Below, piece by piece: positions 1-15,100 of a stretch of 64,000 nt of DNA. The stretch covers positions 620,001 through 684,000 of the forward strand of contig JAKIMF020000004.1 in the NCBI GenBank assembly GCA_022605425.2, read 5' to 3'. The notes beneath the pieces are model-generated. The model was given only the letters and a program-made list of their open reading frames with translations. It did not search any database and was not told where the DNA came from. Each line of letters starts with the position of its first letter. The stretch's first letter is position 1. The DNA is from Hamiltosporidium tvaerminnensis FI-OER-3-3. Taxonomy: Eukaryota > Fungi > Microsporidia. The position numbers and the translations under genes were made by a program.

Positions 1-324
1 TTTATTTCTCAGCATAATGAATATAAGGCATCAGTTACAAGTAATAATTCAACTCTTATTTTAATTCATCGATTTATTGGGTTTTTAGCATTATTAGTTC
101 AGATAATTTATAAATAACAATGAACGACCCTAAAATATCTTAAAAATATTATAGATATTTTTAATGGTGTAAAAATAGATAAGCATGAGAAGCTTTCGAA
201 AATTATAATGATTAAAAAATGCATTTAACTCAGTTAAACTACCTAAAATAACATTAACAAAATTACTTCAAATCATAAAAGTACCTTTTTTTGAGATTAT
301 AAAATATTCAAAAACTTTGGTTTT

Positions 325-1175
325 TTTAATTTTAATTTTATAGTTTTTAATCTAAAAACTTTACTTAGATGTATCACATCTTTTTAAAACAAAGCAAGTG
401 TTATATTTGTTTAAATGACATTAACGCATTTCTATGTCTAATTTAAATAACTACTACCCAACACTCAATCGGTACCCCCTGCGATACCTACGTTCCTAAG
501 CCTTTCATCTACCAAATTTCTAGAACCTAATTAATAGGCGAGGCATTTGCCTGAGGTTCGTTAATGTTAATTTCATGGAATTTGATCGAAGGTCGAAGTA
601 CATGCTGGGCTCTCCCATGACTATACAGCATTCCCACTTACTCTACACTTTTTGGACCCAATAAACTTCCAATTAAGATTTATTTCAGAGACTTACATAG
701 GGTCCATTTAGACAGGCAATGTCATATCAACGGGTATAACCGCCTTTTATCTTTCTCGGCATAAATAGTTATTTTTTTTATATCTCCCAGGTGCTAAGTC
801 TTCTAACCCGAAAAGCAAGGCTAGGTTTTCATGCTTTTACATGATGATTACCCACAAGTTCAGCTGGGGTTTTCGATCTAGTTACATATAAAACTACAAA
901 ATATATTTATAGAAAAAATTTCCTTATTTCTTAGACCTTCTCTTCCACAAACAAACTTCCATAGAACAAGCAAAAATATAGTGTGGTTTTATTTCCAGTT
1001 AAAATCCAAACAATTATTTCACACCAGTTTCACACACTCATTGCCAAGCAGAAGGTTTTTTATGTGATTATCCTCCCTCCACCTTTAATTTTATAGTAAA
1101 TATTACTTACTTGCTTCTTACTCCGCAGCACTACAGTCTTTAAAGATCCCAAGCTCTCTTTAATAGTAAATATTA
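325..1175. repeat. Dispersed non-coding repeat family X, copy 1 (core ~371-1107, short extension to ~1175)
   Basis: Collinear with 26585-27362, 22085-22423 and (inverted) 60320-61081. Shared blocks include gtatcacatc, ggcgaggca, cagcattcc, atatctcccagg..ctaagtcttc and tagtgtggttttatt. No conserved ORF. Confidence 0.9.
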
Positions 1176-1250
1176 TTTTACAAAATATATTTTTTATGTG
1201 ATATTTTTTCAAAGAACATAAAAATATCAAAAAAAATTTGCATTAAAGAA

Positions 1251-3421
1251 ATGAAAGAAGAATTTAATTTGTTTGTAAAAAAAATAAATGAAAAAAAATC
1301 AAAACAACAGCCATTGATCAAGTATTTAAATGAATTAGAATTACTTTTAGATAAATTTGATGATACTGATAGATTCCAATTTCTGGCAATATTGTGTTTA
1401 GAATATTACAATGAACAAGATTTTGATAAATCTAAAATTTATTCTAAAAAAGCAGTAGCAGAACTACTAAGAATATTAAAGACCAAAGTTATGGAAAAAG
1501 AAGATATTTTATTTGCTGTAAACTATTTAGAAAAATGTGTTTTAGTAGAAATAAACATTGAAGAATACGAAACAGGTATATTTAAAAAACAAATATTTGA
1601 AGAGAAGAGTAAAAATGAATATTTTAAATATTTTCTAAACTATGGAACAGAAATTTTTAACTTTCTAATTTTAGAGTTTAAAAATTCTAAAGATTTTGAC
1701 TTTATTTTTTTTATGACTGATTTTCTCAATGAGAATAATATTAATCGATTAGAAATTTTCTTTGATTTATTATATTTACATTATAATGAAGATAAAATTG
1801 ATTTTTTAATACAAAAATTAGGGGAATTATTCGATAAAAACAAAATATTACGTGATCCAGTTCTAAAAACCAGCGTATTTCATGAAACACTTCTTATAAA
1901 TCTTGTAATTATTGATCAAAAAAATTTTCATTTATATTCTGAGATTCTAAGAAATATGCTAATATTTCGAAAGAATGATTTAAAAGATCTTTCTTATATT
2001 TTGATTTCACTTTTTAAAATTGAAAAAACAAGTTTTTTCAAAAACATAATCGATGAATTTTTGAAATTTAAAAATTTATTTACAACGGTCGAAAATAATA
2101 TTTTAAATTCACTTTATACAGAATTTACTAAAATTATTAATAATACAATCAATCTGGAAATATTAAAACAAGAATATATCAATTCTATAAATATCTTGTA
2201 TTTCTATTTCGCAAAAAAAGAATATGAAAAAGTTGTAAGTTTGTATAAAAAATTATCTCAGTTTGATAAAAAAAAAATTCCACCAAACATTATTTTTAAA
2301 TCCTTAGTAAAAATTAAAGATTTTAAATCAGCAGAAGTTATTTTACAAGAAGATATTAATTCTAAATTTAAAATATCAGAAGATAGTTTTAGTATGGAAA
2401 TGAGTTGTGAAGAATCGGATTTGTCGAGTGAAAATGTGTTTTTATATTATATTCTCACTAATAATAATATAGGTGCTTTGAATACAATTCAGAAAATAAA
2501 TGACAAAAATTCATTTGTAAAATGCTTGAAAAAAGTTTATAAATACAATGTAAAGCAAATAATTATAGCAGCTTTGGGAATTGGAATACAAAAGTTTGCA
2601 GATGATATAGAAATACTGATGGTTTATATCTCTTATATTCATATTTTGGAATTTGAAATTCAACCAGAAGAAAGAGCTGAAATTATTTTGAAGGCTTTAA
2701 AAGATACAAATTTAAACGAATATTCAGAAAAAATTCGTGAATGGTTTTTTACTGTATTATATAATAATGTAATAGATTTATTGAACACAAACAATCCTAT
2801 GATATTTGAATTACTGGAAAGATGCTATGAAATAAATTCAAAAAATCTTGGACTTATCGAAATAACTCTTTACGTATTTAAACAAATTAAGATTAAAGAT
2901 AAAAAAAACATATTAAACAAAGAATTGCAATACTTTATGAAGATTTTAATAAAATAATCAAATTATCAAAAGATCAAGAAACAGATTTAATACACGAAAT
3001 TTTTATATCATTTTATCATTTAATATTAGAATTTTCTTTAGAGAACCAACTTCTAGACTTGATTCCAAAGCTATATCCTATTTCCAAGTTTTCATTGGAA
3101 AATCTAAAAATATTGCTTCACACTGAAATTTCAATTCCACATAATCATACTAAGATAAAGATATCTATTATTAATGAATCATATAAACGAAATATTTTGA
3201 CTGTCGAATTATTTGATAAGTTTATAATTACATCTACGTTCTTTGGCCCGATTAGTTTCTATTCATTCTTAAGTGAAGTATCTTTGTTTATAGATATCCA
3301 AGAGTTTATTTCTGATTTTTCAAAAAATATTATAAACACTCAATCGTTATTGCTTAAAGCTACTGGACATTACGAAATATATGAAAAATTAAAAAATATT
3401 TATTTAGGTAGAAATTTATGA
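1251..3421 (+). CDS. Helical-repeat (TPR-like) protein of ~723 aa broken by a frameshift at the A8 run 2901-2908; weak resemblance to Spo22/ZIP4/TEX11
   Basis: ORFs 1251-2957 and 3059-3421 join into one frame if one A is added to A8 (DKKKHIKQRIAILYEDFNKIIKLSKDQ...LIPKLYP). The segment EWFFTVLYNN..D...P.IFELLERCYEI recalls the ZIP4 C-terminal WF...YN motif. The family call is tentative. Confidence 0.7.
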
Positions 3422-4099
3422 ATTTTCATAATAAACATAAATTACTTAAGAAATTAGCAAGAAATCAGATGTGTTCTATACTCGCAGAAATTAATAACAG
3501 TCGAAATTTGCTATACTATTTTTATTGCACATTTATCTCATAAATGCAATAGATTTAAATATATCCTGTTTGCATTTCGATACAATCTAAAATATATTTT
3601 TACTTAAGATCAACTTTCTCTGGGCCATTGATTTGGACAGATTTCATTTTAATTTTGAATATCTCAAATTATCTATTTCGTGCAAAATCCTCTAAAGAAA
3701 CTTGAGCCTTTAAAAAATTTAATTTTTGATAACGATAGGAACTCTAATATTTTTAATTAATTTTAAATAGGTTACCATAAATATTTTAATATGTTTTTTC
3801 CAACCTAAAAAACTGAACATTTCATTCAAATTGAAGATTTTATTTTAACAATGATACAGTCTTGAATAAAATAATCATGAAATTTCATTTTATCGAACTA
3901 ATTACTTATATATAACAGAGTTGTTATTTTTCATTTATTTGAATCTTTTAATTTCATATAAATTAGCATAAATTACAACATAAAGAAAACCTTATTTAAA
4001 AGAAATCAAACAATAATTACCAGAAAAGGGTGAATGGTAATACCAATATAAACTTTTTTGGTTTATAATAAATTTATTCAATAATATATTAGACAAATT

Positions 4100-4950
4100 A
4101 CTTTCGCTCTTCTATGCTTTTCTTCCACCTCTTTAACTGCAGTGTTTTTCTTTTCTAAATGTTACACGTTCTTTATATTTATTGTCAGTTTCCTTAACCT
4201 AATTCCTCTGATTACAATACAGAGTATATTGTTTTCTGTATATAAGTGTTTGACACGTTCCTCTTCTCTAATGCCTATCTTAAAGGAGTTACTGGTTTTT
4301 TTATCATCTTAACATCTTTGATAACACAAAGTTACGCTCTATTCCAACTCTCTAGATAATTTAGCTCTAACTCAAGTCTTCTCAGTCAATCAAAAGAAAT
4401 TATTTTGACTATCTTCTTGTGTAATATTGACGGAATATATGTATCTCCATTCTTGGCTATTTAAGGTCTTTTAAGTTATCTATGATGATTTGTTTTCACA
4501 AACCCAGTCATGTGATCACATATGCGATTATTTCAAAATTAAACTTATAAATAGAACCCGATTTATTGGAATGTTAGTCCTACTTCTTTTTTTTTACGGT
4601 ACACATTATTTGAAGTGAGTCATGTGCGATAATTTCATTCTTAATGATCATTATTTTGTTTTCCTCGTATCTAAGTTAAAACTTTTGTTATTATTCTGAA
4701 AATCTCGCATATATGTTATACAGGTTTCTACACTTGTTCCGCATACAAAATTAAAAGAATTTCTTGAACTGGTTCCTCTAAATTCTGTTTTAGACTTTAA
4801 TTTGTGTAGATCTAGAATTGTAAAACGTAAGGAACAAACGCTCTTTTAAGCTACCTGACTTAGTTGCTATGAACAATTTTGGAAATTTAACAAACCACCA
4901 AGATAAGTTCTACGATGCTAATCATAAAATACAACTCGGGTTTTCACGTC
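4100..4950 (-). mobile_element. Heavily decayed 3' fragment of an RLE non-LTR retrotransposon
   Basis: Aligns by eye with the 61250-64000 element: ctatgcttttcttccacctctttaac (~4112) vs ttatgttttcttctacctctttaac (~61285), and atcacatatgcgattat...acttataaatagaaccc vs atcacatacgggattat...acttataaataagaccc. Confidence 0.7.
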
Positions 4951-5339
4951 AATATAAAAAACTGACAACTATTAAACAATAAGCGCCGGAGGGATTGTAG
5001 TTGACCAGTCGGTAATTTTTTCGGATTATCGCTTCTATCATCCTAAGCTTTAACAATTCAAAGACTGTTTTCACTTTTTTCTTAATAAATAATATTATTT
5101 ATTTTTCTTACTTACCTTTTACAGTCTTCTTGTACCTCTCGGTGTTGAGGATAAACAACTAAAACGTCAATATATTCTTTCGCTAGTCAATGCTATGGCA
5201 TTAGCTATTTTTCAAAAAAAATAAAATACAAGAACCGATATTAACGAAGTAATATTAAAAATCGGCTCAATGTACCATTCACTTAGTTGTGCCTATTTAG
5301 CAGTCAGAACACTAAATTCACAAAAAAAACAATACTTGG

Positions 5340-6987
5340 TCTTAAAAACAAAGGTAAAACATCCGAGACAAAGTACCGGGAAAAAAACAACGAGGAATAT
5401 TAGCATTTACGTATGTTTGATGTGATACCCATAGGAGAGAAGATAATATCGATATTTCGGCATATATAAGTAAAGAGAATACAAGTTTTATACAAATCAG
5501 GAAAATATATTTCTAAATTCACATGATGCACATGTTGTAACGCAGCATAGTGATCGAACACATAAAAATAAATAAATTCGAAAGATAAAAAAATACCGAG
5601 AGAAATGATGGTAATGTATCTTAATTTATATTGCATTTGAAAAAAAAACATTGTCCCAAAACAAGGTTGGTTGTAAAACTAATACAAACTAATACAAACT
5701 AATACACGACTCAAGATTTCGAGTCGATATAATCCACATGTAATCACAACCAGATCATCATTATAAATTTATACTTGTATACAAAGATAATTTCCCCAGA
5801 TATATTCAACTTCGAACTCTTAAAACAAAAGTATGGTACGAGTAGCATGTGTAGTTTTAGATATTTATACTATTTTTGGTGCACTTTCTATTTTGCAAAG
5901 TGATAATGGCAGAGAATTCGATAATACCATTATTGAAAACTATTCGGAAATAGACCCGATTTAAAAATAGTACCTGAGAAGCGCTGACAGGATAAAATTT
6001 AAAGTGGAGTAGAAGTGGATTTCAAAATGTTCAAAATATGCTCTATGCGTTGTTTTGAGCCAAAAATTGCCAAAATAATTACTAAGTTTAAGCTTTATTT
6101 CTATAATGAAAAAAGATCTAATTATAGTGGAATAAACTGTATATTGTATGATGTTATGCTTGAAACAACGCCAAATGTTAATTTAAAACGTTTCTACCTA
6201 TAAAAGTTTGGATAAGCAACTTCAAATGTCGACTTAAAGGTAATATCAACGGAATAAAACATCTTTCAAACTGTCGAAGAAAGCAAACTACAAATCAAAT
6301 CTGTCACTATAACAAAAAGGAAAAATATCAAGGATGAAGTATTGTCTAGCGATAGTTACGTTTAATATTCAACTTCGTTAACTAAATAATGTTTTGTTTT
6401 TCACAACAAAAATGAGAAATAAATGTATTAGATACATCTGATTTTTTGTCTCTGTTCACAATCAACGTGCAAATGATGATTATAATGAGTTCTTAAAAAA
6501 ATTCTTTTGAAAAAAATATATTCAGTGATATTAAAAATTAAGAAGATTTCGGCCAATAATCTTAAAAAAAATACTAGAAAAGTCCAAAAATATCCAAATA
6601 AAAATACAACGCATCCTAGGGCGGCACAGTGAGAGTTCTTGTTCCAGAGGCGACAGAGATGGTACTGATACAAGAAAAGTTATGGGATTTATACGGAAAA
6701 TAACGATGCAATCTTTAAAAATACGGCACAAAACATGAGATCTTAAATCAACTTGTCCTGAGAAACCAATTTAAAATCCGAACTTTAGAGTTTGTTTGTA
6801 TCGGAGGAGTTCCAAAGGCCGAAATTTTTCCAAAAGCATGTGCAAGGATATCGCATAAGATCCGAAGACTAAGGTTATAGTCGATATGGTTTAAAATTTG
6901 GATGTGAATTTTTCAAGTACACGTCTCCTAAAGAAGAAATTAATTAAACTTGAGATTTCACCAAAGTTGAAGTTGCCATGACAAATA
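5340..6987 (+). mobile_element. Decayed Ginger2/KRBA2-like DDE integrase transposon, copy A
   Basis: Broken frames give HDAHVVTQHSDR (H2C2), SRFRVDIIHM*SQPDHHYKFILVY, VLDIYTIFGALSILQSDNGREF, GTVRVLVPE.DRDGTD and terminal HQS*SCHDK*. Homologous to 37130-38710. A 10-bp triplication (aaactaatac) lies at ~5677-5706. Confidence 0.8.
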
Positions 6988-9139
6988 AGCATTCTTGGAT
7001 TTGACATTTTTTTAAAAAATATATATGTTTCTTTGGTTACTCCACTTAATTTTCAACTTATGCAAGTTCTTGATATTTACTCTTTTTTTAGTATGAAATA
7101 AAAAAATTATCCTTTGCTTATTCTATTTGGTCGTTATGAATAATTTAAGAAGGATCAAACAGATCGAGACATAGTCATGACTAGTACTTTCTTAAAAGCT
7201 TTTTTTATAAAATCTAAGAATTTATAAGTTACAATTTTAAAGCGATAATCTAAAAATCATAAAAGTAAAAATGCAGGTGTGCATCTGCCAAAAGCTAAGA
7301 AATTTTAGATAGAAAACATATCATTGAAATTAATTATAATCTAACTTCGTTCAAATCAGATAAAATATTTTTAAATGAATATGTTTCTTTTTGCAAACTT
7401 TCGTACAAATAAAGCTCAATATTTTTGTTTCCATTCATATAAAAAATTAAAAATATATTCTGATTAAATCAGTAACATTTTTATAAAATGAAATATTATG
7501 ACAAACCTGAAATCATAAGGAAAAAAGGACTTGAAGAAGGCTAAGAAAATCTATAAACATAATTAGACTAGAAATGATAATTTTAAAAAGAGTTCATGAA
7601 ATTAAGTCTAAGAATGTAACATATAAACGAAATTTTCTTAAAATTCAACAAAGAAACCTGAAAAGCTTTAAGATAGTTTAAGCAGTAGGTTTTAATTTAT
7701 AGATATTTCTAGTTATATTTGCATAACCGCGAATTTTAGGTACTATTCCGAAAACACTGCTGATTTAAGCGAGAAAAAACATAACAGTTGGTTAAAAAAT
7801 TCACTTGTTGCTAGGATTAGAGGCCTTGTAATGTTCATTAAATAATGTAAACAAGAAGTTTAAACATTTATAAATAAAATCAAGAGAAATATTTTTAAAT
7901 AGGAAAACACTTCAAGATTATGTAATATTTGACTAAAAAATAAAAATTATGAAGAATATCATTGATTTTTAGTTTATCATTTCAAATAATGCCTAATTTT
8001 GTGTTTGAATTCGCTTACAAATTATATCTCTTTGAAGAACGCGCTTAATATACCAAGTCAGATAAATAAAAATGGTTTATATGATCAACTATATATTTTT
8101 TTAAGAGAATACAGCGTTTCATTATTACAAAGGCATAAAATACACATAAAAGCAAGAAAAACCTAACTGATGCATCATATATTATTTGTAAGTTTCTAAT
8201 AGACCCAAAAATATTTAACCAAAATAGGTCGATTTAAATAAGTTATTTGAGCCTAGCTATTATTTGCCTTGAAGCAGCGTAATACAAGAAACACTTATAA
8301 AGCATTTAAAAGTCATAAGCAAAAAAATATTTAAACATGAAGAAGTTACAATTCATGAAGAAATTCTTTACAACAAGTGAAATAATCCTTAAAAATACAG
8401 ATATAAACATCGAGTTTTTAGTAATAGAGACAATATCGATCACAAATGACAAATATCTAATAAATTTATGTTATTTCGATAAAATTGTCCAAATTTAACA
8501 TCAGAAATATTGCTCGTACGAATATAAACTCTTACTAATATTTTTTTCAAAAATTTACTACATTAGATGAGATCTAGTAAAAAAATTTCAATGATAATTA
8601 AATCAAAACCAAACAAAAAGATTGTCTTTATAATGAAATACTTTAAGATGTGATGCACAAATAATAATGTAAAGATTTTCCATTAACCCGGTGGACACTA
8701 GAAGTTTTTCCAAAGATTACACCAAAATGTATGGTTAAAATGAATTTTGCTTGATAATAGCTAAAAAAATAATTAAAGTTTTGTTTTTATTTGCCATTCC
8801 TTCATCTTTAAGAATGATTTTTGCCATTATTTTGTCTGATTCTCTTTTTTCTTCATTGTTTTTTTAAAATAAAAATTTGATAATGAACTAGTAAACAATT
8901 AAAAATACTTTTTTTGAATTTAATTGTTTACTTATAGTATAAATCGTTTAAAGATAATATATGTTTTATATATTTTGGTTGAAATATTTTTTTTACAGTG
9001 TAGCGGTCTGGATTCGTTATAATGTCATTTCAAAAATATAGAACAATAAAAAAAATCTATTTTGAAAAAATTTTTAATTAAAATAATCAAACGTATTTAA
9101 AAACAGCAAAAACCCCCAAACAATACTATAATCTCCACA

Positions 9140-12100
9140 ATGAATTTCATGAAAAAAAACAAAATGGTTAAAAATTTAATTTCGAAAATTATTTGCGAAA
9201 ATATGTTAGAAGAGTCGGTATTCCAGCTATTAAATGATGATCTATTCCAAAATATTGGACAAACTAGTCTATGTAGATGGTCGAACCTTTTAAAAAGATA
9301 CGATGATAACCTTTTATCATATTCAAGATTATATTTTAATAGAAAAATTCAAAGTAAGATGTTTGAAACGCCAATTAAATTTAAACTTCTATATATTTTT
9401 AAAATATTGATTTTGATACTGAAACATACATCTGGACACGAATTATATGAATTTAATCATGAAATATCGGTTTATATGTATTCATATGATTTGGATATAT
9501 CATATTATTCACGATTATTCTATAACGAATATTTTAGTTCTACTAGAATTAATTCTCAAGACTGTATTTATAATTTTTTAAAGCAATCAGATTCATTGGC
9601 TTATCTGGAAAGAAATTATAAATTAACAGTAGATGCTCAAAACAAAAAAATTTCATGTGATTTTACGTACGAAAAATATAAAGATAAAAAAATATTACTT
9701 GAAATTGGAAGTTTAGTGCTTGAGAATAGGAATTCGTTTAAAAATGATAGTATATTCGAAATACAAAGTAAAATTACGAATTTTACCTCGGAAATGGCAG
9801 AAATTCTAAAATATGAGTACTTTAAGAATACCGAATTGCAGAAGCTGCTCGCTTTAGATATTTTACTAACAAATATTCTTTTGAAATTGTGTCATAACTT
9901 TAATGAAAATATAATTGAATGTGGGATAATATTTTTTATATATTCAGATATCAACGAGTTTCTTACCGATGCATTATATATATCATTTCATATATTGTTA
10001 TATCACAACCAATCATACGATAAAATACTTTTTAATTCAGAAATTGATTATCATATAAATAATTTTGCAATATGTGAAAATATTTCCAAAGAAAATGGAT
10101 TTCCTATTAAGGAAATTTTTATGTATAATTTTCTGTTTTTACTCAAAGATTTTGTAGGAAAAGATTTAACCATTATTGATAATGAAATTCAGGAACTCAT
10201 AATTACAAAATCGTTTCGCATCGATAAAATATATCAAAAAATGAATTTAATAATTCAAAGAATGTTAGAACAAGAGACTTTACAGATTCATATTGACGAA
10301 ATCAATTTAAACATTTTCATGAGCTCGTTTGAAACCCTAATCGATGCTTTAATACTTTTTGATTCCAATAATAGTTTTTTTACAAAGATTATAGAAGAGG
10401 AGAGTTTTGATTCAACGATTATGAATACTTTTTGGTTTTTAGGAAAATTGAGTAGTATGAACGTAATAAATAATTTTGATTTGGAGAATAAAATAGTAAT
10501 TTCATTTTCTGAATCTCTTATAAAACTTTTAGAAAATGAAAAGCATTTTAATAGAGATCTAATGGATATAATTATATCCGATGCGCTGGCTTGTTCTATA
10601 ATTGAGAACTTAGAAAAACATAAAATAAGACAAATGAATTTAATAGATAAACTATTCGAATATTATTTTACGGAAAATACTTCAATTTCTTCAGTAACTT
10701 TTGATAATATATATTCTTTGATAAAAATAACAGTAAAACTGCAAATCAATGAATTCAATGTAACAATAGTTGATAATTTAATCAAGTTTTTTTTTACGAA
10801 TATCGAATTTTCTTTGCTTCTTTATAAGGCAAATTTGAAATTAAAATTTGAGAACAGAAAATTCATTAACATTCTAAACTCAATCCCTAATGCAATGCTC
10901 AATCTAGATTATATGGTTAAATATATTTCTAATGAAAATAATTATAAAATAATAGATTTGGATCTGTTTAATATATATAAATCGTCTTTTTACGCCGATA
11001 AATATGTAGAAAAGCTTCATAAATACTTTGAAGATAAAGATAAGACCGCCGTTGATATTTTTTTATATTACGAACTTCACCTAAAGAACCTTCTAGGTTT
11101 TTTAAATAATCTTTTAAAATCTTCATATTTAAGTTTGGTGGTTCAAAGCTCAAATTACATAGATCAATTGATCAGAAACCCGGAAAATCTATTTTTTTCA
11201 AGAAGTAAAATAATCATTTGGGATATTGCGAAACATATAAGTCAAAAAACATCAGCTTCTCAGGATACATCAGAGTTTTTCGACAAATTCTTAGCATTCA
11301 CTCTAGACAAAGTTATATGTAATTCTTTATCTAAAAACCATTATAACAGCTCTAGCGAAATTAAGATATCGAAACTCTTATGTTACTTCATAGATTTCTT
11401 TGTGTACTTTAATGAAAATTTTAAATATATTTGTGAAATTAGAAATCCGCTTTTAAAAAAAGAACTTTATATAAAACTTCTTCAAATATTTAAAATAATT
11501 TATTCTGAAATAATCTGCTCAATCGATATATCATCCATTAAAACATGGTTAATTTTTAAAGAGGAAAATCTATCCAATGAGAATATTAAAAATATATTTA
11601 TGTCACAAGAAATCACAATAAAAGAATTGTACGAATTATGTTACGTATCTTTGTTGAATATTTTGCCTAAGTTCGGACTTCAATATACTCAACGCTTGTT
11701 CAATAGTTTCATTCCACAAGATACACCTTATGTTTTGGAAATAAACCACGAAACCAGGAGTCTTGATTTAAATTTATTTTATATGTTTTACTTCCAATTG
11801 AGATACAATTTCCTAGTTATCGATTCTTTTTTCAATGAGATTTTTGATATGTTTTGTGAACTATCAAATTTCGCTTTAAAATATTCGAAAAAACACGAAA
11901 TATACAAAAAAGATACGTATAATATAATCCTTAAATCATTTGAATTGTTCATGTTTGGAATAAATAAAATGAATAGGTCCAATCAAGGTTGTTATTCTGC
12001 GAAAAAAATTTTAAAATTCATTAACGATAATATTGAGATCTTTAGTGCGAATATTTTTATGGATATATTTACGAATAAGATTATGCAGTATCCTAATTTG

Positions 12101-15100
12101 AGGACAATTTTATCAGATATTAACCTTTTCGAAACTATTTCAAATATAATTCATAAAATAGATAAAAACTCATTAAAATCACTGAATAAAAACAATAAAA
12201 TAGAAAGGAAAACACTTTTATATAAATTTTTGCACTTTTCACTGTTTAATTTGAAATATTCTAAAATATTTATAAATGGACAGACGGTATTTGAATCCTT
12301 ATTTTTATTTGTGTTTTACGAAATTAACGAAAATACAGATGTTCTTAAAAAATTTATACTTAGGCATTCAGTTACTAATGTTACGCCTTTGTATAATATT
12401 TTGATTTCCAATATTAATATAAATATTAATAAAGAAAAAAAATTATCTTATAGAAGAGAAAATTTACTTTTGTTCCTTTCATTTGATAACAATGTGATAG
12501 AATAAAGCATATTTTTATATTTAATTTCCTTAGTGCGGTTATCCGATTATTCGAATATATTTAAAAAAATGGAAATATATCAAATTTATGGATTTAAAAA
12601 AGGGATTAGTCTTATAACTGATAAGAAATATTCCTTGGAGGTGAAAAATAATTTTTTAAACTATTTTTATTTGTATTTGAGATTTTTGTTGGAAGATGAC
12701 CTTTATTTTTTATATTCTTTGATCTATATGAGCAGAAATTATAACAATTTCTCTGAATCGGTTTTTCAATATTTCTATTCTAAGCTAATTATCTATGAAA
12801 GCCATACAAGTCACACTGATTTCCTTTTAGACGAAAGTAACATAGATTTGAAAAAAATGATTGTTCTTGATGTTTTTGATGCGACAAAAGTTGATAATAT
12901 TTTTATTCAAATAGTATCTCTGCAATTTTTAACTGAGATAATATATACATTTCCGTATTTGATTTATATCATAAATTATTTAGATATAATAAATACTTAT
13001 TATAAAAAAATGATTTATCATGTTCTTGATGACAAGTTTTGTTTGGAAAATCAAGAAATCTGGTATTTGAATTTTAAAGTAGGATATTTTTTTACAATTT
13101 TACTTTATCGTTTGGATGAAGAGTTTATGTCCAAATTGGTTGAAAATTTCTGCAAAGGACTCAGAAGTTCTGATGTAAATGAAGTTTATTCTATGATTAC
13201 GTTTATTTACAAACTTTTTTTGTCAGAAATATGCTGTTGCAGATATTCTCATAATATTATTTTTACTGATAATAACTTTTATGACTTAAACTGTGAAAAC
13301 AACTTTTTCGAAAGAAGACTTCAGATTGTAGGTAAATTTGTGGAAATGGGACTTTTAATTAAGTTAATATCAGTATATAATATGCATGAATTCATGTATT
13401 TTTATGTGGCTAAAATCATTGATTTCGTTTTTAATCTAGCTAAGAATAAAAAATATATTTTGCGAACCAAATTTCTCACAAATAATGCTTTTAGTGGAAG
13501 CTCATCAAGTAGAAATATGATTTTTATTCCAAATTTTCTGGGGCAAGTAAATTTACACGAAATAGAGCAAGTAGAATTTGATATTAATGGAACAAAGCAA
13601 AGACAAATCCCTTTAAATGTTATGAATCGGGTACTTTTTAGATTGGATTTTGGTTTCAAAACCAGAAACCATTTAATTATTTCAAAATATAGATTTGCTT
13701 ATAGTTTTATGATATTTAATGCTCAAATCCAAACGAAGAAATATGATTTTGGCATTGAAGAAATTGATTCGATTGCATTGTTTACAAAAAAATTTGATCA
13801 AGAATTTGATAAACTAAAATTTATGAAAAAAATTTCGGAATATAACCTTTCGAATTTAACATTGAAAGATTTGGCCGGGAAAATCGGATTAGAAAATTTT
13901 ATAGAAGTTAAGAATAATAAAAACCAACAAAATTTGCAAAATGAATCACTGGTTCAATTTTTCATGTATTCAAAAGGAAATATCAAAAGTTCTTTACAAA
14001 TCAATAATGATTTCACAATTTTAGAAACACATTCCAAATTTATAAAAACTTTAGATGCAAAACAGCTTTCATATATATTTTTCTATCTGTTATTCAGAAG
14101 TGAAAAGAATTATTACATTCTGTCTATAAATATTTTAAAAAATATTCTCCGTGTTTGCACTAAAAACAAAATGATGGAAGAATTCTATTCTTGTTTTGTC
14201 GAAATCATAAAGTCTTTTGAAACATATAATGAAGATAAAATTGTTAAGGAAAAATTAAAAACAATGTGGAATATAGTTGAGGGATTTGATCTCAGAAAAG
14301 TATTTGAAAACGATTTTTTTATCGTGGAGGTATTGATAATAACTATGCGAATTGTTTCAAATGACAAAATAAGTAATTTTGATGGAGACTCGGATTTTAG
14401 AATTTTATTTGATTCTATTTTTGACCAAAGAAGCGATTTATCCTGTTCATCCATCGATTATCTAATCAAAAATATCCACGAAATCAATTCAAAATGTACA
14501 AACCTAGGTTTTTATATTGCTATTGAATTAATTTTTATATTTACCAAAATGATGGAAAATTCGATTTTGAATTTACTTATAAATTCAACAGATAGCTCTA
14601 GAAATTCCATTGATAATTTTTATCTTCAAGGTTTAGAAAAATTGATTTGCAGTTTAGATAATTTTTTTATCGAAATGACGTCTGAATTAATAGATTTTAT
14701 ACATTATTATTTGATCCAAATATCAGATATTCTTTTGCAGAATATTTTCACAAAATTTCTAGAAATAAAAAACATCGATTCTGAATATTTTTTTGATCTA
14801 TATATTAAACTTATTATCAAAAACAGCTCAATGTATTTAAACATTAGGGAAGCAATATTCGAAAATCAATGCTTTGAAATGAAAAGATTGAGTTTTATTT
14901 ATAACGACTTTTTATGTTTAGTATTCGATATTAGTAATTCAAATTTTGTCAGAGAGATCAGAACCAATCATTTTTCGACTAGTATGTATGATTTATATTA
15001 TTTTTTTGAATATATTTACAAGTACAAACAAAATAAATCCACTTCCTTGGATTTATTTCCTTTCATTAATATAAATACAAAATTATTGATTTGTAAAACT

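Noticed and set aside
525-555. LSU rRNA fragment (reverse complement caaatgcctcg...taattag)
   Set aside because: The match is short and is not kept in the other copies of repeat X; no other rRNA landmarks.
12494-12533. Short spliceosomal intron removing the HECT stop (ends taatttccttag)
   Set aside because: The donor GTGATA is poor, and the 40-nt length shifts the frame into a stop.
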